Notes: generated by a model not told the origin, from the sequence alone. Shown: positions 19,570-28,946, counted from the stretch's first letter. The stretch is 52,974 nt of DNA from Paracoccaceae bacterium (GCA_027082975.1 JALWTH010000252.1:1-52974); one strand, 5' to 3'. Numbers and translations: made by a program.

Positions 19570-20391
19570 ATGTTTCAGGTTCAGACCGCAAGATCGCGCC
19601 GCTCGGCGGCTTTCGCCACGGCAGAGGTGATCTACCACGCCACCGTGCGCAGGCTGCGCAAATCGCATCGCAATGCCCTGATCGGGCTGTTTCTCAATAT
19701 CCTGCAGACCCTGATGCTGGTCGCGGTGTTCTTCGTGATGTTTTCGGTGCTGGGCCTGCGCGGCAATGCGGTGCGCGGGGATTTCCTGCTCTACATCATG
19801 TCGGGCATCTTCCTCTACATCACCCATACCAAGAGCATGGGGGCGATCGTGAGCTCGGAGGGGCCGGCATCGCCGATGATGCAGCACGCGCCCATGTCCA
19901 CCTTTGTCGCCATTACCTCCTCGGCGCTGAGCGCGCTCTACATGCAGGTGCTGTCGGCCGCGGTGGTGCTGTTCTTCTACCATGTGGCCTACAAGCCGCT
20001 GGAGATCTATCAGCCTGTGGGCGTTATGGGGATGCTGATTCTCGCCTGGTTCTCCGGGGTGGCGGTCGGGATGGTCTTTCTGGCGCTCAAGCCCTGGTAT
20101 CCACAGTTTACCAATGTCGCTTCGACCATCTATTCGCGCGCCAACATGATCGCCTCGGGCAAGATGTTCCTCGCCAATACGCTGCCCTTCACCATGCTGA
20201 AGATGTTCGACTGGAATCCGCTGTTTCACATCATCGACCAGGCGCGCGGCTTTGCCTTCATCAATTACAACCCGCATTACTCCTCCATCTCCTATCCGCT
20301 TCAGGTGTCGCTGGTGCTGCTGATGCTCGGCATGATGGGCGAGAGTTACACGCGCAAGCACGCCTCGCTGAGCTGGTCGGCGGGTCGCTGA
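19570..20391 (+). CDS. ABC-2 type polysaccharide-export permease (KpsM-like)
   Basis: Six predicted transmembrane segments and an ABC-2 pattern (RRLRKSHRNALIGLFLNILQ...). The start is ATG 19570 or 19540. No ATPase partner is adjacent. Confidence 0.78.
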   Translation: MFQVQTARSRRSAAFATAEVIYHATVRRLRKSHRNALIGLFLNILQTLMLVAVFFVMFSVLGLRGNAVRGDFLLYIMSGIFLYITHTKSMGAIVSSEGPASPMMQHAPMSTFVAITSSALSALYMQVLSAAVVLFFYHVAYKPLEIYQPVGVMGMLILAWFSGVAVGMVFLALKPWYPQFTNVASTIYSRANMIASGKMFLANTLPFTMLKMFDWNPLFHIIDQARGFAFINYNPHYSSISYPLQVSLVLLMLGMMGESYTRKHASLSWSAGR

Positions 20392-20495
20392 GGCGGGTAT
20401 CCGCGCGGCAAGGGGAGGGGGTGCGGCGACGGAAACCGGAAGCCCGTGCGTTCTATGCTGCAGCCGAACAAGGCGGCACCGGAAGGAGACAAGAA

Positions 20496-21371
20496 ATGCG
20501 CAAACTGTTCCTTTGCGTCCTGAGCGGCTGGCTTCTGGCCTTCCGCCCGGCGCTGGCGGTGGAGTTCACCTATTTCCTCGCAAGCGGCACGCGGATCGAA
20601 GCCCCGGAAAATGCCGTTGACGACATGATCATCGGGGCGGATGCGACAATTACCATTGGTGCCGACGGCGCGATCACCGGCGACGGCACCATGACCTTTC
20701 GCCTGATGCAACCCTGCCGGTGGTTTCCGCCCGAGCCGGTCGATGCGTTCAACTGCCGCATAGACGGGGTGAGCGACGGCGCTTTCACCGTCTCGGGACA
20801 GGTCGTCGAGTGGATCCACCGCCACGACGACGACAACCCGCTGAAAGACGCGATCTTCGAATATGCCGACGCGCGCGCCTCCGAGCGGCCGGACTACGCC
20901 CCCTATCGCATCCGCCTGCAGCTCACGCCCACCGCCCTGCCGACCGAGCATCTCACCTTCTGGGGCTTTTCCAATGGCGGAACGCAAAGCCGCTCGACCG
21001 GGGCGGCGACCATCGGCATGCATGTCTCGGGCCTGTTCGGCGGGCCGTTCGAACTCCTGGCCGTGCCGCTCCTGGCGCGGGTGCGCGTCCCGGAGAACGC
21101 CCAGACATTCATATATGAGGGCAATTATGAAGGTGGCACGCCGGTGCGCGCTTTCGGCAATGCCTATCTGGACGAAGCGCCCGGCCCCGCGCAGACCGAT
21201 CCCAATGTCTATCTGCAGCACTGGCTGGAAGGCCCCGCACCGCGCAACTTCACGGCGCAGGAGCTTCAGGCCATGGCCGAGGCGGCGGAGAATGCCGAGC
21301 AGCAGCACGACGCGCGCACCGAAGCCCTGCTCCAGCACCTGATGGAGACCCGCGAGGGACCCGCCCAATAG
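20496..21371 (+). CDS. hypothetical exported protein
   Basis: GGAAGGAG Shine-Dalgarno sequence, signal peptide MRKLFLCVLSGWLLAFRPALA, and GC3 bias. I recognise no family. Confidence 0.7.
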   Translation: MRKLFLCVLSGWLLAFRPALAVEFTYFLASGTRIEAPENAVDDMIIGADATITIGADGAITGDGTMTFRLMQPCRWFPPEPVDAFNCRIDGVSDGAFTVSGQVVEWIHRHDDDNPLKDAIFEYADARASERPDYAPYRIRLQLTPTALPTEHLTFWGFSNGGTQSRSTGAATIGMHVSGLFGGPFELLAVPLLARVRVPENAQTFIYEGNYEGGTPVRAFGNAYLDEAPGPAQTDPNVYLQHWLEGPAPRNFTAQELQAMAEAAENAEQQHDARTEALLQHLMETREGPAQ

Positions 21372-21398
21372 GACCGGGGGCGGCCGAGCAGCGCTTCT

Positions 21399-22025
21399 TC
21401 ACGTCACCACCCGCAGGGTCAGGTTCAGCCGCCCGCCTTCTCTGAGCAGGGCCGAGGAGCCGAAGCGGATCCGGTCCACCCCGTGATGGGCCAGCCGCGC
21501 CTCGCCGCCGATCAGGGCCACGTCGCCGGAGCGCAGCCAGTGGGAGGCGGTGCGCCCGCCCCGCGCCACGCCGCCGACGCGAAACAGCCCGTCATCGCCC
21601 AGCGAGATCGACAGGACCGGCTGGGAGAAATCCGCCTCGTCGCGGTCCTGGTGCATCCCCATCCGCGCGCCCTCGCCGTAGAAATTCACCAGACAGCATT
21701 CCGGCGCCCGGGCGCCCGCTGCAAGCGCCGCCCAGACTTCCAGCGCCAGCGGCGGGATCGGCGGCCAGGGGCGCCCGGACGGATGGCGCGGGATGTAGCG
21801 GTAGCCCCGCGCATCGCTGTACCAGCCAAAGGCCCCGGCGCTGGTCATCCGCACCGACATCTTCCGCCCCCCCGGCGTCACCGGCGAAAACAGCGGCGCC
21901 GCGGCGACCACCTCGCGCACCTGCCCGACCAGCGCCTCCTGCGCCTTCCGCCCCAGAAACCGCTTGAAAATCCGCACCCCTCCCAGCGTCACATCCGGCC
22001 GGGGCGAGCTTTCCTTACCGATCAT
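21399..22025 (-). CDS. alkB: alpha-ketoglutarate/Fe(II)-dependent DNA repair dioxygenase
   Basis: NFYGEGARMGMHQDRDE...LSISLGD...HGV...R(L)NLTLR contains the AlkB HxD...H...RxNxTxR motifs. ATG 22025 is preferred. Confidence 0.85.
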   Translation of the reverse strand: MIGKESSPRPDVTLGGVRIFKRFLGRKAQEALVGQVREVVAAAPLFSPVTPGGRKMSVRMTSAGAFGWYSDARGYRYIPRHPSGRPWPPIPPLALEVWAALAAGARAPECCLVNFYGEGARMGMHQDRDEADFSQPVLSISLGDDGLFRVGGVARGGRTASHWLRSGDVALIGGEARLAHHGVDRIRFGSSALLREGGRLNLTLRVVT

Positions 22026-22079
22026 TGCCAAAACCCTGAAAATGACTCGCTTTTTTCCCTGCCCCGCCGGTTTCAGGTG

Positions 22080-22108
22080 CTTGCGGCTGGCAAGGACGCT
22101 TCCTATAT
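22080..22108 (+). promoter_or_regulatory. sigma-32 (RpoH)-type heat-shock promoter of dnaK
   Basis: CTTG-N18-CCTATAT compares well with the alphaproteobacterial consensus CTTG-N17/18-CYTATNT. It lies 108 nt upstream of the dnaK ATG. Confidence 0.55.
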
Positions 22109-22215
22109 ACGCCGGGAAGCCGGGATGCGTAAGCCGGCCCGGCGCAAATCTGGGATCGGAGACCGATGCTTTCGGGGTCGGTCTCCCGAACATCGCCAAA
22201 AGAGAGGAATAGAGC

Positions 22216-24132
22216 ATGGCAAAAGTCATTGGCATCGACCTTGGCACCACCAACTCCTGTGTTGCCATCATGGACGGCTCCAAGCCGCGGGTCATCGAAA
22301 ACGCCGAAGGCACGCGCACGACCCCTTCGATCGTCGCCTTCAAGGACGGCGAGCGCCTGGTCGGGATGCCCGCCAAGCGGCAGGCCGTCACCAACCCGGA
22401 CAATACCATCTTCGCCGTCAAGCGCCTGATCGGCCGCAAGATCGACGACCCCGCCGTGGAGAAGGACAAGCACCTCGTCCCCTACAAGATCGTCGATGGC
22501 GGCAATGGCGACGCCTGGGTGGAGGTGAATGGCGAGAAATATTCGCCCAGCCAGATTTCCGCCTTCATCCTGCAGAAGATGAAAGAGACCGCCGAGAGCT
22601 TCCTCGGCGAGGAAGTGAGCCAGGCGGTGATCACCGTCCCCGCCTATTTCAACGACGCCCAGCGCCAGGCCACCAAGGATGCCGGCAAGATCGCCGGGCT
22701 CGAAGTGCTGCGCATCATCAACGAGCCCACCGCCGCCGCGCTGGCCTACGGACTCGACAAGAAGGACAGCAAGACCATCGCCGTCTATGACCTCGGCGGC
22801 GGCACCTTCGATGTGACCATCCTGGAGATCGACGACGGCCTGTTCGAGGTGAAGTCCACCAATGGCGACACCTTCCTCGGCGGCGAAGACTTCGACATGC
22901 GCATCGTCCAGTATCTGGCCGACGAGTTCAAGAAGGAGCACGGCGTCGACCTGTCCAAGGACAAGATCGCCCTGCAGCGCCTGAAGGAAGCCGCCGAAAA
23001 GGCCAAGATCGAGCTCTCCAGCGCCGCCCAGACCGAGATCAACCAGCCGTTCATCTCGATGGGTTCCGACGGCCAGCCGCTGCACATGGTCATGAAGCTG
23101 ACCCGCGCCAAGCTGGAAAGCCTGGTCAGCGACCTGATCAAGCGCACCATGAAGCCCTGCCAGGCCGCGCTCAAGGATGCCGGCATCACCAAGGACGACG
23201 TGGACGAAGTGATCCTCGTCGGCGGCCAGACCCGTATGCCCAAGGTGGTCGAGGAAGTGACCAAGTTCTTCGGCAAGGAGCCGCACAAGGGCGTGAACCC
23301 GGACGAGGTGGTCGCCATGGGCGCCGCGATCCAGGCCGGCGTGCTGCAGGGTGATGTGAAGGACGTGGTGCTGCTCGACGTGACCCCGCTCTCGCTCGGT
23401 ATCGAGACCCTGGGCGGCGTCTTCACCCGGCTGATCGACCGCAATACCACGATCCCGACCAAGAAGAGCCAGATCTTCTCCACCGCCGAGGACAACCAGA
23501 ACGCGGTGACGATCCGGGTCTTCCAGGGCGAGCGCGAAATGGCGGCCGACAACAAGCTGCTCGGTCAGTTCAACCTCGAGGACATCCCGCCCGCCCCGCG
23601 CGGCATGCCGCAGATCGAGGTGACCTTCGACATCGACGCCAACGGCATCGTCTCGGTCAGCGCCAAGGACAAGGCCACCGGCAAGGAGCAGAAGATCACC
23701 ATCCAGGCCTCCGGCGGCCTGTCCGAGGAAGACATCGAAAAGATGGTCAAGGACGCCGAGGAACATGCCGAGGAAGACCGCAAGCGCAAGGAGCTGGTCG
23801 AGGCCAGGAACCAGGCCGAAAGCCTGATCCACTCGACCGAAAAGGCGATCGAGGAGCATGGCGAAAAGGTCGATCAGAGCACGATCGAAGCGATCGAGCT
23901 GGCCATCGCCGCGCTCAAGGACGACCTCGAAAAGGACGACGCCGACAAGATCAAGGCCGGCATCCAGAACGTCACCGACGCCTCCATGAAGCTCGGCGAG
24001 GCGATCTACAAGGCCGGCCAGGAGGCCGAGGCCGGCGATGCCTCTGCCGAGGCCGACGGCGAGCCGGGCGGCGTGGATGACGACATCGTTGACGCCGATT
24101 TCGAGGATCTGGACGACGACAAGCGGTCGTAA
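22216..24132 (+). CDS. dnaK: molecular chaperone DnaK (Hsp70)
   Basis: [17 protein letters not shown]..., DLGGGTFDV... and [11 protein letters not shown]. Confidence 0.98.
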   Translation: MAKVIGIDLGTTNSCVAIMDGSKPRVIENAEGTRTTPSIVAFKDGERLVGMPAKRQAVTNPDNTIFAVKRLIGRKIDDPAVEKDKHLVPYKIVDGGNGDAWVEVNGEKYSPSQISAFILQKMKETAESFLGEEVSQAVITVPAYFNDAQRQATKDAGKIAGLEVLRIINEPTAAALAYGLDKKDSKTIAVYDLGGGTFDVTILEIDDGLFEVKSTNGDTFLGGEDFDMRIVQYLADEFKKEHGVDLSKDKIALQRLKEAAEKAKIELSSAAQTEINQPFISMGSDGQPLHMVMKLTRAKLESLVSDLIKRTMKPCQAALKDAGITKDDVDEVILVGGQTRMPKVVEEVTKFFGKEPHKGVNPDEVVAMGAAIQAGVLQGDVKDVVLLDVTPLSLGIETLGGVFTRLIDRNTTIPTKKSQIFSTAEDNQNAVTIRVFQGEREMAADNKLLGQFNLEDIPPAPRGMPQIEVTFDIDANGIVSVSAKDKATGKEQKITIQASGGLSEEDIEKMVKDAEEHAEEDRKRKELVEARNQAESLIHSTEKAIEEHGEKVDQSTIEAIELAIAALKDDLEKDDADKIKAGIQNVTDASMKLGEAIYKAGQEAEAGDASAEADGEPGGVDDDIVDADFEDLDDDKRS

Positions 24133-24148
24133 CACCGCCGCAGGACCA

Positions 24149-24180
24149 GGGCCGGCCCGCAGAAACGGGCCGGTCCTTTG
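24149..24180 (+). terminator. GC-rich hairpin with a short T tract between dnaK and dnaJ (partial terminator or attenuator)
   Basis: GGGCCGGCCCG-cagaaa-CGGGCCGGTCC followed by TTTG. Confidence 0.4.
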
Positions 24181-24201
24181 CTATCCGCAAGGAACCGAGC
24201 C

Positions 24202-25344
24202 ATGGCAAAGCGTTGTTACTACGAAGTGCTGGGGGTCGCACGCACGGCCAGCGCCGACGAGATCAAGAAGGCCTACCGTCGCAAGGCCCGCGAGCTGCAC
24301 CCCGACAGCAATGCCGGCAACCCCGACGCCGAAGCCCAGTTCAAGGAGGTCAACGAGGCCTACGAGGTCCTGAAGGATGCGGAGAAAAAGGCCGCCTATG
24401 ACCGCTTCGGCCACGCCGCCTTCGAGGGCGGCATGGGCGGCGGGCGCCCCGGCGGCGGCTTCCACGGCGGCCAGGGCGACTTTGCCAGCGCCTTCAGCGA
24501 GGTCTTCGACGACCTCTTCGGCAATTTCATGGGCGGGCGCGACGGTCGGAGGCGCGCCGCCCGCGGCTCCGACCTGCGCTATAACCTGCGCATCACCCTG
24601 GAAGAGGCCTATACCGGCCTGCAAAAGGTCATTACCGTGCCCACCTCCGTCGCCTGCGACGCGTGTAACGGCACCGGCGCCGAAAGCGGGGCCGAGCCGC
24701 AGATGTGCCCCACCTGCTCGGGCATGGGCAAGGTACGCGCGCAGCAGGGCTTCTTTACCGTCGAGCGCACCTGCCCCACCTGCCACGGCGTCGGCCAGAT
24801 CATCAAGAATCCGTGCACATCCTGCAACGGCGCCGGGCGGCTGGAAAAGGAGCGCTCCCTCAGCGTCAACATCCCCGCCGGCGTCGAAACCGGCACCCGC
24901 ATCCGCCTCGCCGGCGAGGGCGAAGCAGGGATGCGCGGCGGCCCGCCGGGCGACCTCTACATCTTCATCGAGGTGGAAAATCACCCGATCTTCGACCGCG
25001 AAGGCACCCACCTGCACTGCCGCGTCCCGGTCTCGATGATCACCGCCGCCCTCGGCGGCACCATCGAGGTGCCAACCATCGACGGCGGCCGCTCCCGGGT
25101 CAAGATCCCCGCCGGCTCCCAGTCCGGCCGCCAGATGCGCCTGCGCGGCAAGGGGATGCCGGCCCTGCGCGGCGGCGGCCAGGGCGACATGTTCATCGAA
25201 ATGGCCGTGGAAACCCCGGTCAACCTGACCGCGCGGCAAAAGGAACTGCTGCAGGAGTTCGAAAAACTCTCCGAAGAAAACAGCCCGGAAAGCTCCAGCT
25301 TCTTCACCAAGGTCAGGAATTTCTGGGATTCCATGACCAGCTGA
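24202..25344 (+). CDS. dnaJ: molecular chaperone DnaJ
   Basis: CYYEVLGV...[11 protein letters not shown] is the J domain, followed by a G/F region and four CxxCxGxG zinc-finger repeats. The start is at MAKRCYYE. Confidence 0.96.
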   Translation: MAKRCYYEVLGVARTASADEIKKAYRRKARELHPDSNAGNPDAEAQFKEVNEAYEVLKDAEKKAAYDRFGHAAFEGGMGGGRPGGGFHGGQGDFASAFSEVFDDLFGNFMGGRDGRRRAARGSDLRYNLRITLEEAYTGLQKVITVPTSVACDACNGTGAESGAEPQMCPTCSGMGKVRAQQGFFTVERTCPTCHGVGQIIKNPCTSCNGAGRLEKERSLSVNIPAGVETGTRIRLAGEGEAGMRGGPPGDLYIFIEVENHPIFDREGTHLHCRVPVSMITAALGGTIEVPTIDGGRSRVKIPAGSQSGRQMRLRGKGMPALRGGGQGDMFIEMAVETPVNLTARQKELLQEFEKLSEENSPESSSFFTKVRNFWDSMTS

Positions 25345-25363
25345 AGCCGCTTTCGCCTTTCTC

Positions 25364-25384
25364 CAAATACTCCCGCCGGAGGCA
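25364..25384. repeat. 21-bp intergenic repeat CAAATACTCCCGCCGGAGGCA (copy 2)
   Basis: Identical to 155-175. It lies between the convergent dnaJ and L,D-transpeptidase genes. Confidence 0.7.
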
Positions 25385-25416
25385 TGAAATCTCCCGGCGC
25401 CCGCGCCGGCCTGACC

Positions 25417-25908
25417 CTAAGGAAACAGGTCGATCACGGTTCCCACATTGACCATGGAGTATATCTCCTCGATCTCGCGATTCGAGACCGAAATGCAGCC
25501 GGCGGTCCAGTCCGGCCCACGCTTGTCCCCCGGCCGTCTGGCTCCATGGATGAAAATGTCTCCCCCCGGAGACACCCCCGCCTCTTTCGCCGCGGCCCGA
25601 TCGGCTTCGTTCGGATAGGAAATCCCGAGGGACAGGTGAAAGGCGCTGTTTGGGTTCTTGCGGTCGATATAATAGCGCCCCTCCGGCGTGCGGCCATCGC
25701 CCTCCTGTGTCTTGTGCCCTTCCGGGGCAAAGCCCAGGTCGATGTCATAGCTCTTCAGCAAGGCATCCTCGCTGAACAGATACAGCTTGCGCTCGGATTT
25801 CATCACCACGACCCTGGTCACTTCCGGCCCGTTATAGCGGCGAAACTTGGAGCAGCCCGCCTGCATCAGCAGACCAAACACCAGCAATATCGCAACCAGA
25901 AGCCGCAT
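25417..25908 (-). CDS. L,D-transpeptidase (YkuD domain) lipoprotein
   Basis: Lipobox LLMQAGC. The YkuD pattern is ...GDGRTPEGRYYI...IHG...TAGCISV, with catalytic H and C. Confidence 0.85.
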   Translation of the reverse strand: MRLLVAILLVFGLLMQAGCSKFRRYNGPEVTRVVVMKSERKLYLFSEDALLKSYDIDLGFAPEGHKTQEGDGRTPEGRYYIDRKNPNSAFHLSLGISYPNEADRAAAKEAGVSPGGDIFIHGARRPGDKRGPDWTAGCISVSNREIEEIYSMVNVGTVIDLFP

Positions 25909-25927
25909 GTTTCCTCCCTTTTGCCTT

Positions 25928-27184
25928 TTATAGCCGCAATCCGCCCGCCCGGGAACCACCCGTCCTCAGGCACGCCACCAGCTCCACATGCGGCGACCAG
26001 AGAAACTGGTCCACAACCCGGATCCAGTCGATCCCGTAGCCGGCATCGGTCAGCACCCGCGCATCGCGGGCAAAGCTCACCGGGTTGCAGGAGACCATTG
26101 CCACGACCGGCACCCGGGCGCGGGCGATCTCTGCGACCTGCGCCTCGGCCCCGGCCCGGGGCGGATCCAGCACCAGCCCGTCATGGCGCGCAAGTTCGTC
26201 GGGCAGGAGCGGGCGGCGAAACAGGTCGCGCGCCTCGCTTGTGACCGGCTTCAGACCCTGCGCCTGCCGCCATCCGGCTTCCAGGGCCTCCAGCAATCCC
26301 GCATCGCCCTCCACCGCATGGACCGCCGCATCCCGGCTGAGCGGCAGGGCAAAGGTCCCGGCCCCGGCAAACAGGTCGGCGACCCTTCGCGCGCCGTCCA
26401 GCGCTTCGGTGACGGCGCGGACCAGGGCATCCTCCCCCTCCCGTGTGGCCTGCAGAAAAGCTCCGGGCGGCAGCGGCACCCGGGCCGGGCCAAGCGTCAG
26501 AAGGGCCGGGTCAAAAGCCGCCACCACCTCGCCCGCCCAGCTCAACCGCACCACGCCCCTGCCGCGCACCAGCCCGGCAAGCTCTGAAAACAGTCCCTGA
26601 TCCAGCGCTTTTCCGCCCGATACGGCAATATCCACCCCGTCATCCAGCAGCGTCATTGCCACCGAGAGCTCTCCCCTGCGCGATGCGCCCAGCGCGGTCA
26701 TCTCCCGCACCAGCCCCAGAAGCGCTGCCAGTTCCGGGCGGATCAGGTGACATTCTTCGATCCCGACGATGCCGCCCGACCTCAGCCCGTGAAACCCGAC
26801 CTGTGCGCCAGCCCTTGTGCGCCGCGCCGCCAGCACCGCCCGGCGTCGCGACCGCGGGGGCGAGGTGGAAATGCCGCGGATCGGCGCCCTGACCCCCTGC
26901 GCCTCCAGCGCCCTTTCCACCACGCCCACCTTCCAGCGCGCCAGGAAGTCATCGCTCGCATGTTGCAGGGCACAGCCACCGCAAGTCTTCGCATGACGGC
27001 AGGGCGGGCGCACCCGGTCCGCCACCGGGGTGACGATGCGCGGATCGGCCATGCGCCCATCCGCCACCGCTCCCCTCACCACTTCTCCCGGCAGGGCGCG
27101 GGGCACATAGACCGGGCCGGGGGCGATCCCTTCGCCCCGATGGCCCAGGCGCTCGATGGTAACGGTCTGCATATCCGCGCTCAT
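25928..27184 (-). CDS. class I SAM-dependent RNA (uracil-5-)-methyltransferase, RlmD/TrmA-like
   Basis: N-terminal TRAM-like region (IERLGHRGEGIA), a Cys cluster (CRHAKTCGGCALQH), and C-terminal DLFAGAGTF...DPPRAG...VSCNP motifs. Confidence 0.85.
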   Translation of the reverse strand: MSADMQTVTIERLGHRGEGIAPGPVYVPRALPGEVVRGAVADGRMADPRIVTPVADRVRPPCRHAKTCGGCALQHASDDFLARWKVGVVERALEAQGVRAPIRGISTSPPRSRRRAVLAARRTRAGAQVGFHGLRSGGIVGIEECHLIRPELAALLGLVREMTALGASRRGELSVAMTLLDDGVDIAVSGGKALDQGLFSELAGLVRGRGVVRLSWAGEVVAAFDPALLTLGPARVPLPPGAFLQATREGEDALVRAVTEALDGARRVADLFAGAGTFALPLSRDAAVHAVEGDAGLLEALEAGWRQAQGLKPVTSEARDLFRRPLLPDELARHDGLVLDPPRAGAEAQVAEIARARVPVVAMVSCNPVSFARDARVLTDAGYGIDWIRVVDQFLWSPHVELVACLRTGGSRAGGLRL

Positions 27185-28335
27185 GCCAGCAGATCCTCAC
27201 GGGTCAGGGTGAAGCCGCTTTCCACCCAGCGCGCTTCCAGCTCCCGCAGCCGCGCACCCAGCTCGGCGCCTTGGAGGGGGGCAAGGTCGGCGGCCCGCAC
27301 GGGGAAGCGCTGCTTTGCCCCGTATGCCAGTGCGGCTCGCCAGCCTTCCGGCAGGGGCTGTGCCAGCAGGGCCGCGCGCAGGAGCAGGATATCGCGCGCC
27401 ATGTCGGCGCCATGACGCCAGGCCAGCACTTCCGGCCTGTCGGCGCTTTCGGCCCCTTGCAACATCTCTTCCAGCCGCCTCGCCTGCCGGCGCGAGAGCC
27501 GCAGAAGCGCCTCCACGCCCTCGACCCGGCCAAGGCTGGCAAGCCGGCGGATCGCCTCCGGGGCAATGTCATTCTCCCCCTCCAGATGCACCAGCACCGG
27601 CAGCGCCCGCACATCCGCCCCGGGCAGGACGCGAGCGAGCACCCCGGTCTGCACCATGCTGGCAACGGCCGGGGCCGGGTCCGGTGCTGCCAGGAGGCGG
27701 AGCATCTCATGACCCACCCGCTCGCGTGAAAGTGTCTCTAATCCGGCTGTTAGAGACGCTATTGCCGCCAACGCATCAGGGTCCGGCCCGGCAGCCTGAT
27801 CGCCGTACCAGGCATGAAAGCGAAAGAAGCGCAGGATGCGCAGATAGTCTTCGCGAATCCGGGTCGCGGCATCTTCGATAAAGCGCACGCGCCGGGCGCG
27901 CAGATCCTCAAGCCCCGTCCCCAGCGGGTCGAGCACCCGGCCCTCCGCATCGCTGTAAAGGGCATTCATGGTAAAATCGCGCCGTCGTGCATCCTCCGCC
28001 AGATCGTCCGAATAAGCCACCACGGCCCGGCGGCCGTCGGTGGCCACATCCCGCCGCCAGGCCGTCACCTCGCAGGCCAGCCCCCGATTCACCAGGGTCA
28101 CGGTGCCATGGGCCACCCCGGTACCGATCGCCCGCATCCCCGCCGCTTCGGCCAGCGCCATGACCCGCTCGGGGCGCGCATTGGTGGCGATGTCGATGTC
28201 GCCCACCGGCGCGCCCAGCAGCGCATTGCGCACGCAGCCGCCGACGAAATGGGCCACATGCCCCGCCCCGGTCAGAAGCGTGAGCACGGCCCGGGCGCGC
28301 TCATCCTCGAGCCAGGCACCGGCGATCCGGGTCAT
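27181..28335 (-). CDS. cca: CCA tRNA nucleotidyltransferase / poly(A) polymerase family protein
   Basis: FVGGCVRNALLGAPVGDIDIAT...GTGVAHGTVT...RRDFTMNA. ATG 28335 overlaps the upstream stop (ATGA). Confidence 0.85.
   Translation of the reverse strand: MTRIAGAWLEDERARAVLTLLTGAGHVAHFVGGCVRNALLGAPVGDIDIATNARPERVMALAEAAGMRAIGTGVAHGTVTLVNRGLACEVTAWRRDVATDGRRAVVAYSDDLAEDARRRDFTMNALYSDAEGRVLDPLGTGLEDLRARRVRFIEDAATRIREDYLRILRFFRFHAWYGDQAAGPDPDALAAIASLTAGLETLSRERVGHEMLRLLAAPDPAPAVASMVQTGVLARVLPGADVRALPVLVHLEGENDIAPEAIRRLASLGRVEGVEALLRLSRRQARRLEEMLQGAESADRPEVLAWRHGADMARDILLLRAALLAQPLPEGWRAALAYGAKQRFPVRAADLAPLQGAELGARLRELEARWVESGFTLTREDLLA
27734..27757. repeat. intragenic 24-bp palindrome GTCTCTAA-TCCGGCTG-TTAGAGAC (in cca)
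   Basis: Perfect 8-bp arms. On the sense strand it reads TCT CTA ACA GCC GGA TTA GAG AC, which are rare codons. Confidence 0.6.
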
Positions 28336-28946
28336 CGCTCCGCCTCCCCGCCGGCCAGCGCCCGCAAGATTCGCGCCGTCGCCCCCCATATGTAATAGGG
28401 TCCCCAGGGGATCGTATAATAGGCCCGCCGGCGGCCCTGCCAGATGCGCGACTGGACGAGAAAATGCCCCGGATTCGCCAGAAATCCATAGGGCACGGCA
28501 AAGACCTCATCCACCTCGCCCGCCTCCGGGCGCGGATCGAAGGCGTGCCGCACCCGCCCCAGCACCGGCGTCACCGCGAAGCCGGTAACCGTCTCGTGCG
28601 CCGGCATGGTCGCGAGCACCTCCACATTGTCGCGCGCAAGTCCGATCTCCTCTTCGGCCTCGCGCAGGGCCGTGGCGGTGAGGTCGGCATCGCCCGGATC
28701 CTGCTTGCCGCCCGGAAAGGCAATCTGCCCCGGGTGATGGCGCAGGGCCGCCGAGCGCTTGGTGAGGATCAGACGCAGACCGCCCGGCGCCGGCACGAAG
28801 GGCAGCAGCACCGCCGCCCGGCGCAAGCGCGTCCCTGCTGGCGGGCGAAATTCCGGGTTCAGGTCGAAATCCGACGAGCCCGCGCCCAGCGCCCTTGCTC
28901 GCGCCACCACGCCCGCGAGCGTGTCTGCGCGGCCAGCTTCATCCAT
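28332..28946 (-). CDS. CoA pyrophosphatase (Nudix hydrolase)
   Basis: AAVLLPFV...ILTKRSAALRHHPGQIAFPGGKQD...ALREAEEEIGL contains the Nudix box and the CoA-type upstream motif. Confidence 0.8.
   Translation of the reverse strand: MDEAGRADTLAGVVARARALGAGSSDFDLNPEFRPPAGTRLRRAAVLLPFVPAPGGLRLILTKRSAALRHHPGQIAFPGGKQDPGDADLTATALREAEEEIGLARDNVEVLATMPAHETVTGFAVTPVLGRVRHAFDPRPEAGEVDEVFAVPYGFLANPGHFLVQSRIWQGRRRAYYTIPWGPYYIWGATARILRALAGGEAER

Noticed and set aside
22015-24135. 706-aa ORF on the minus strand covering the whole of dnaK
   Set aside because: It is exactly antisense to an unmistakable dnaK. The translation is low-complexity (G/L/D/V/A-rich) with no motifs. Long antisense ORFs are expected in high-GC coding DNA because stop codons are depleted.
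27722-27737. parS-like half-site CGCGTGAAAGTG next to the cca palindrome
   Set aside because: Only one half resembles parS (CGTGAAAC), and the other half does not match. It is probably coincidental.
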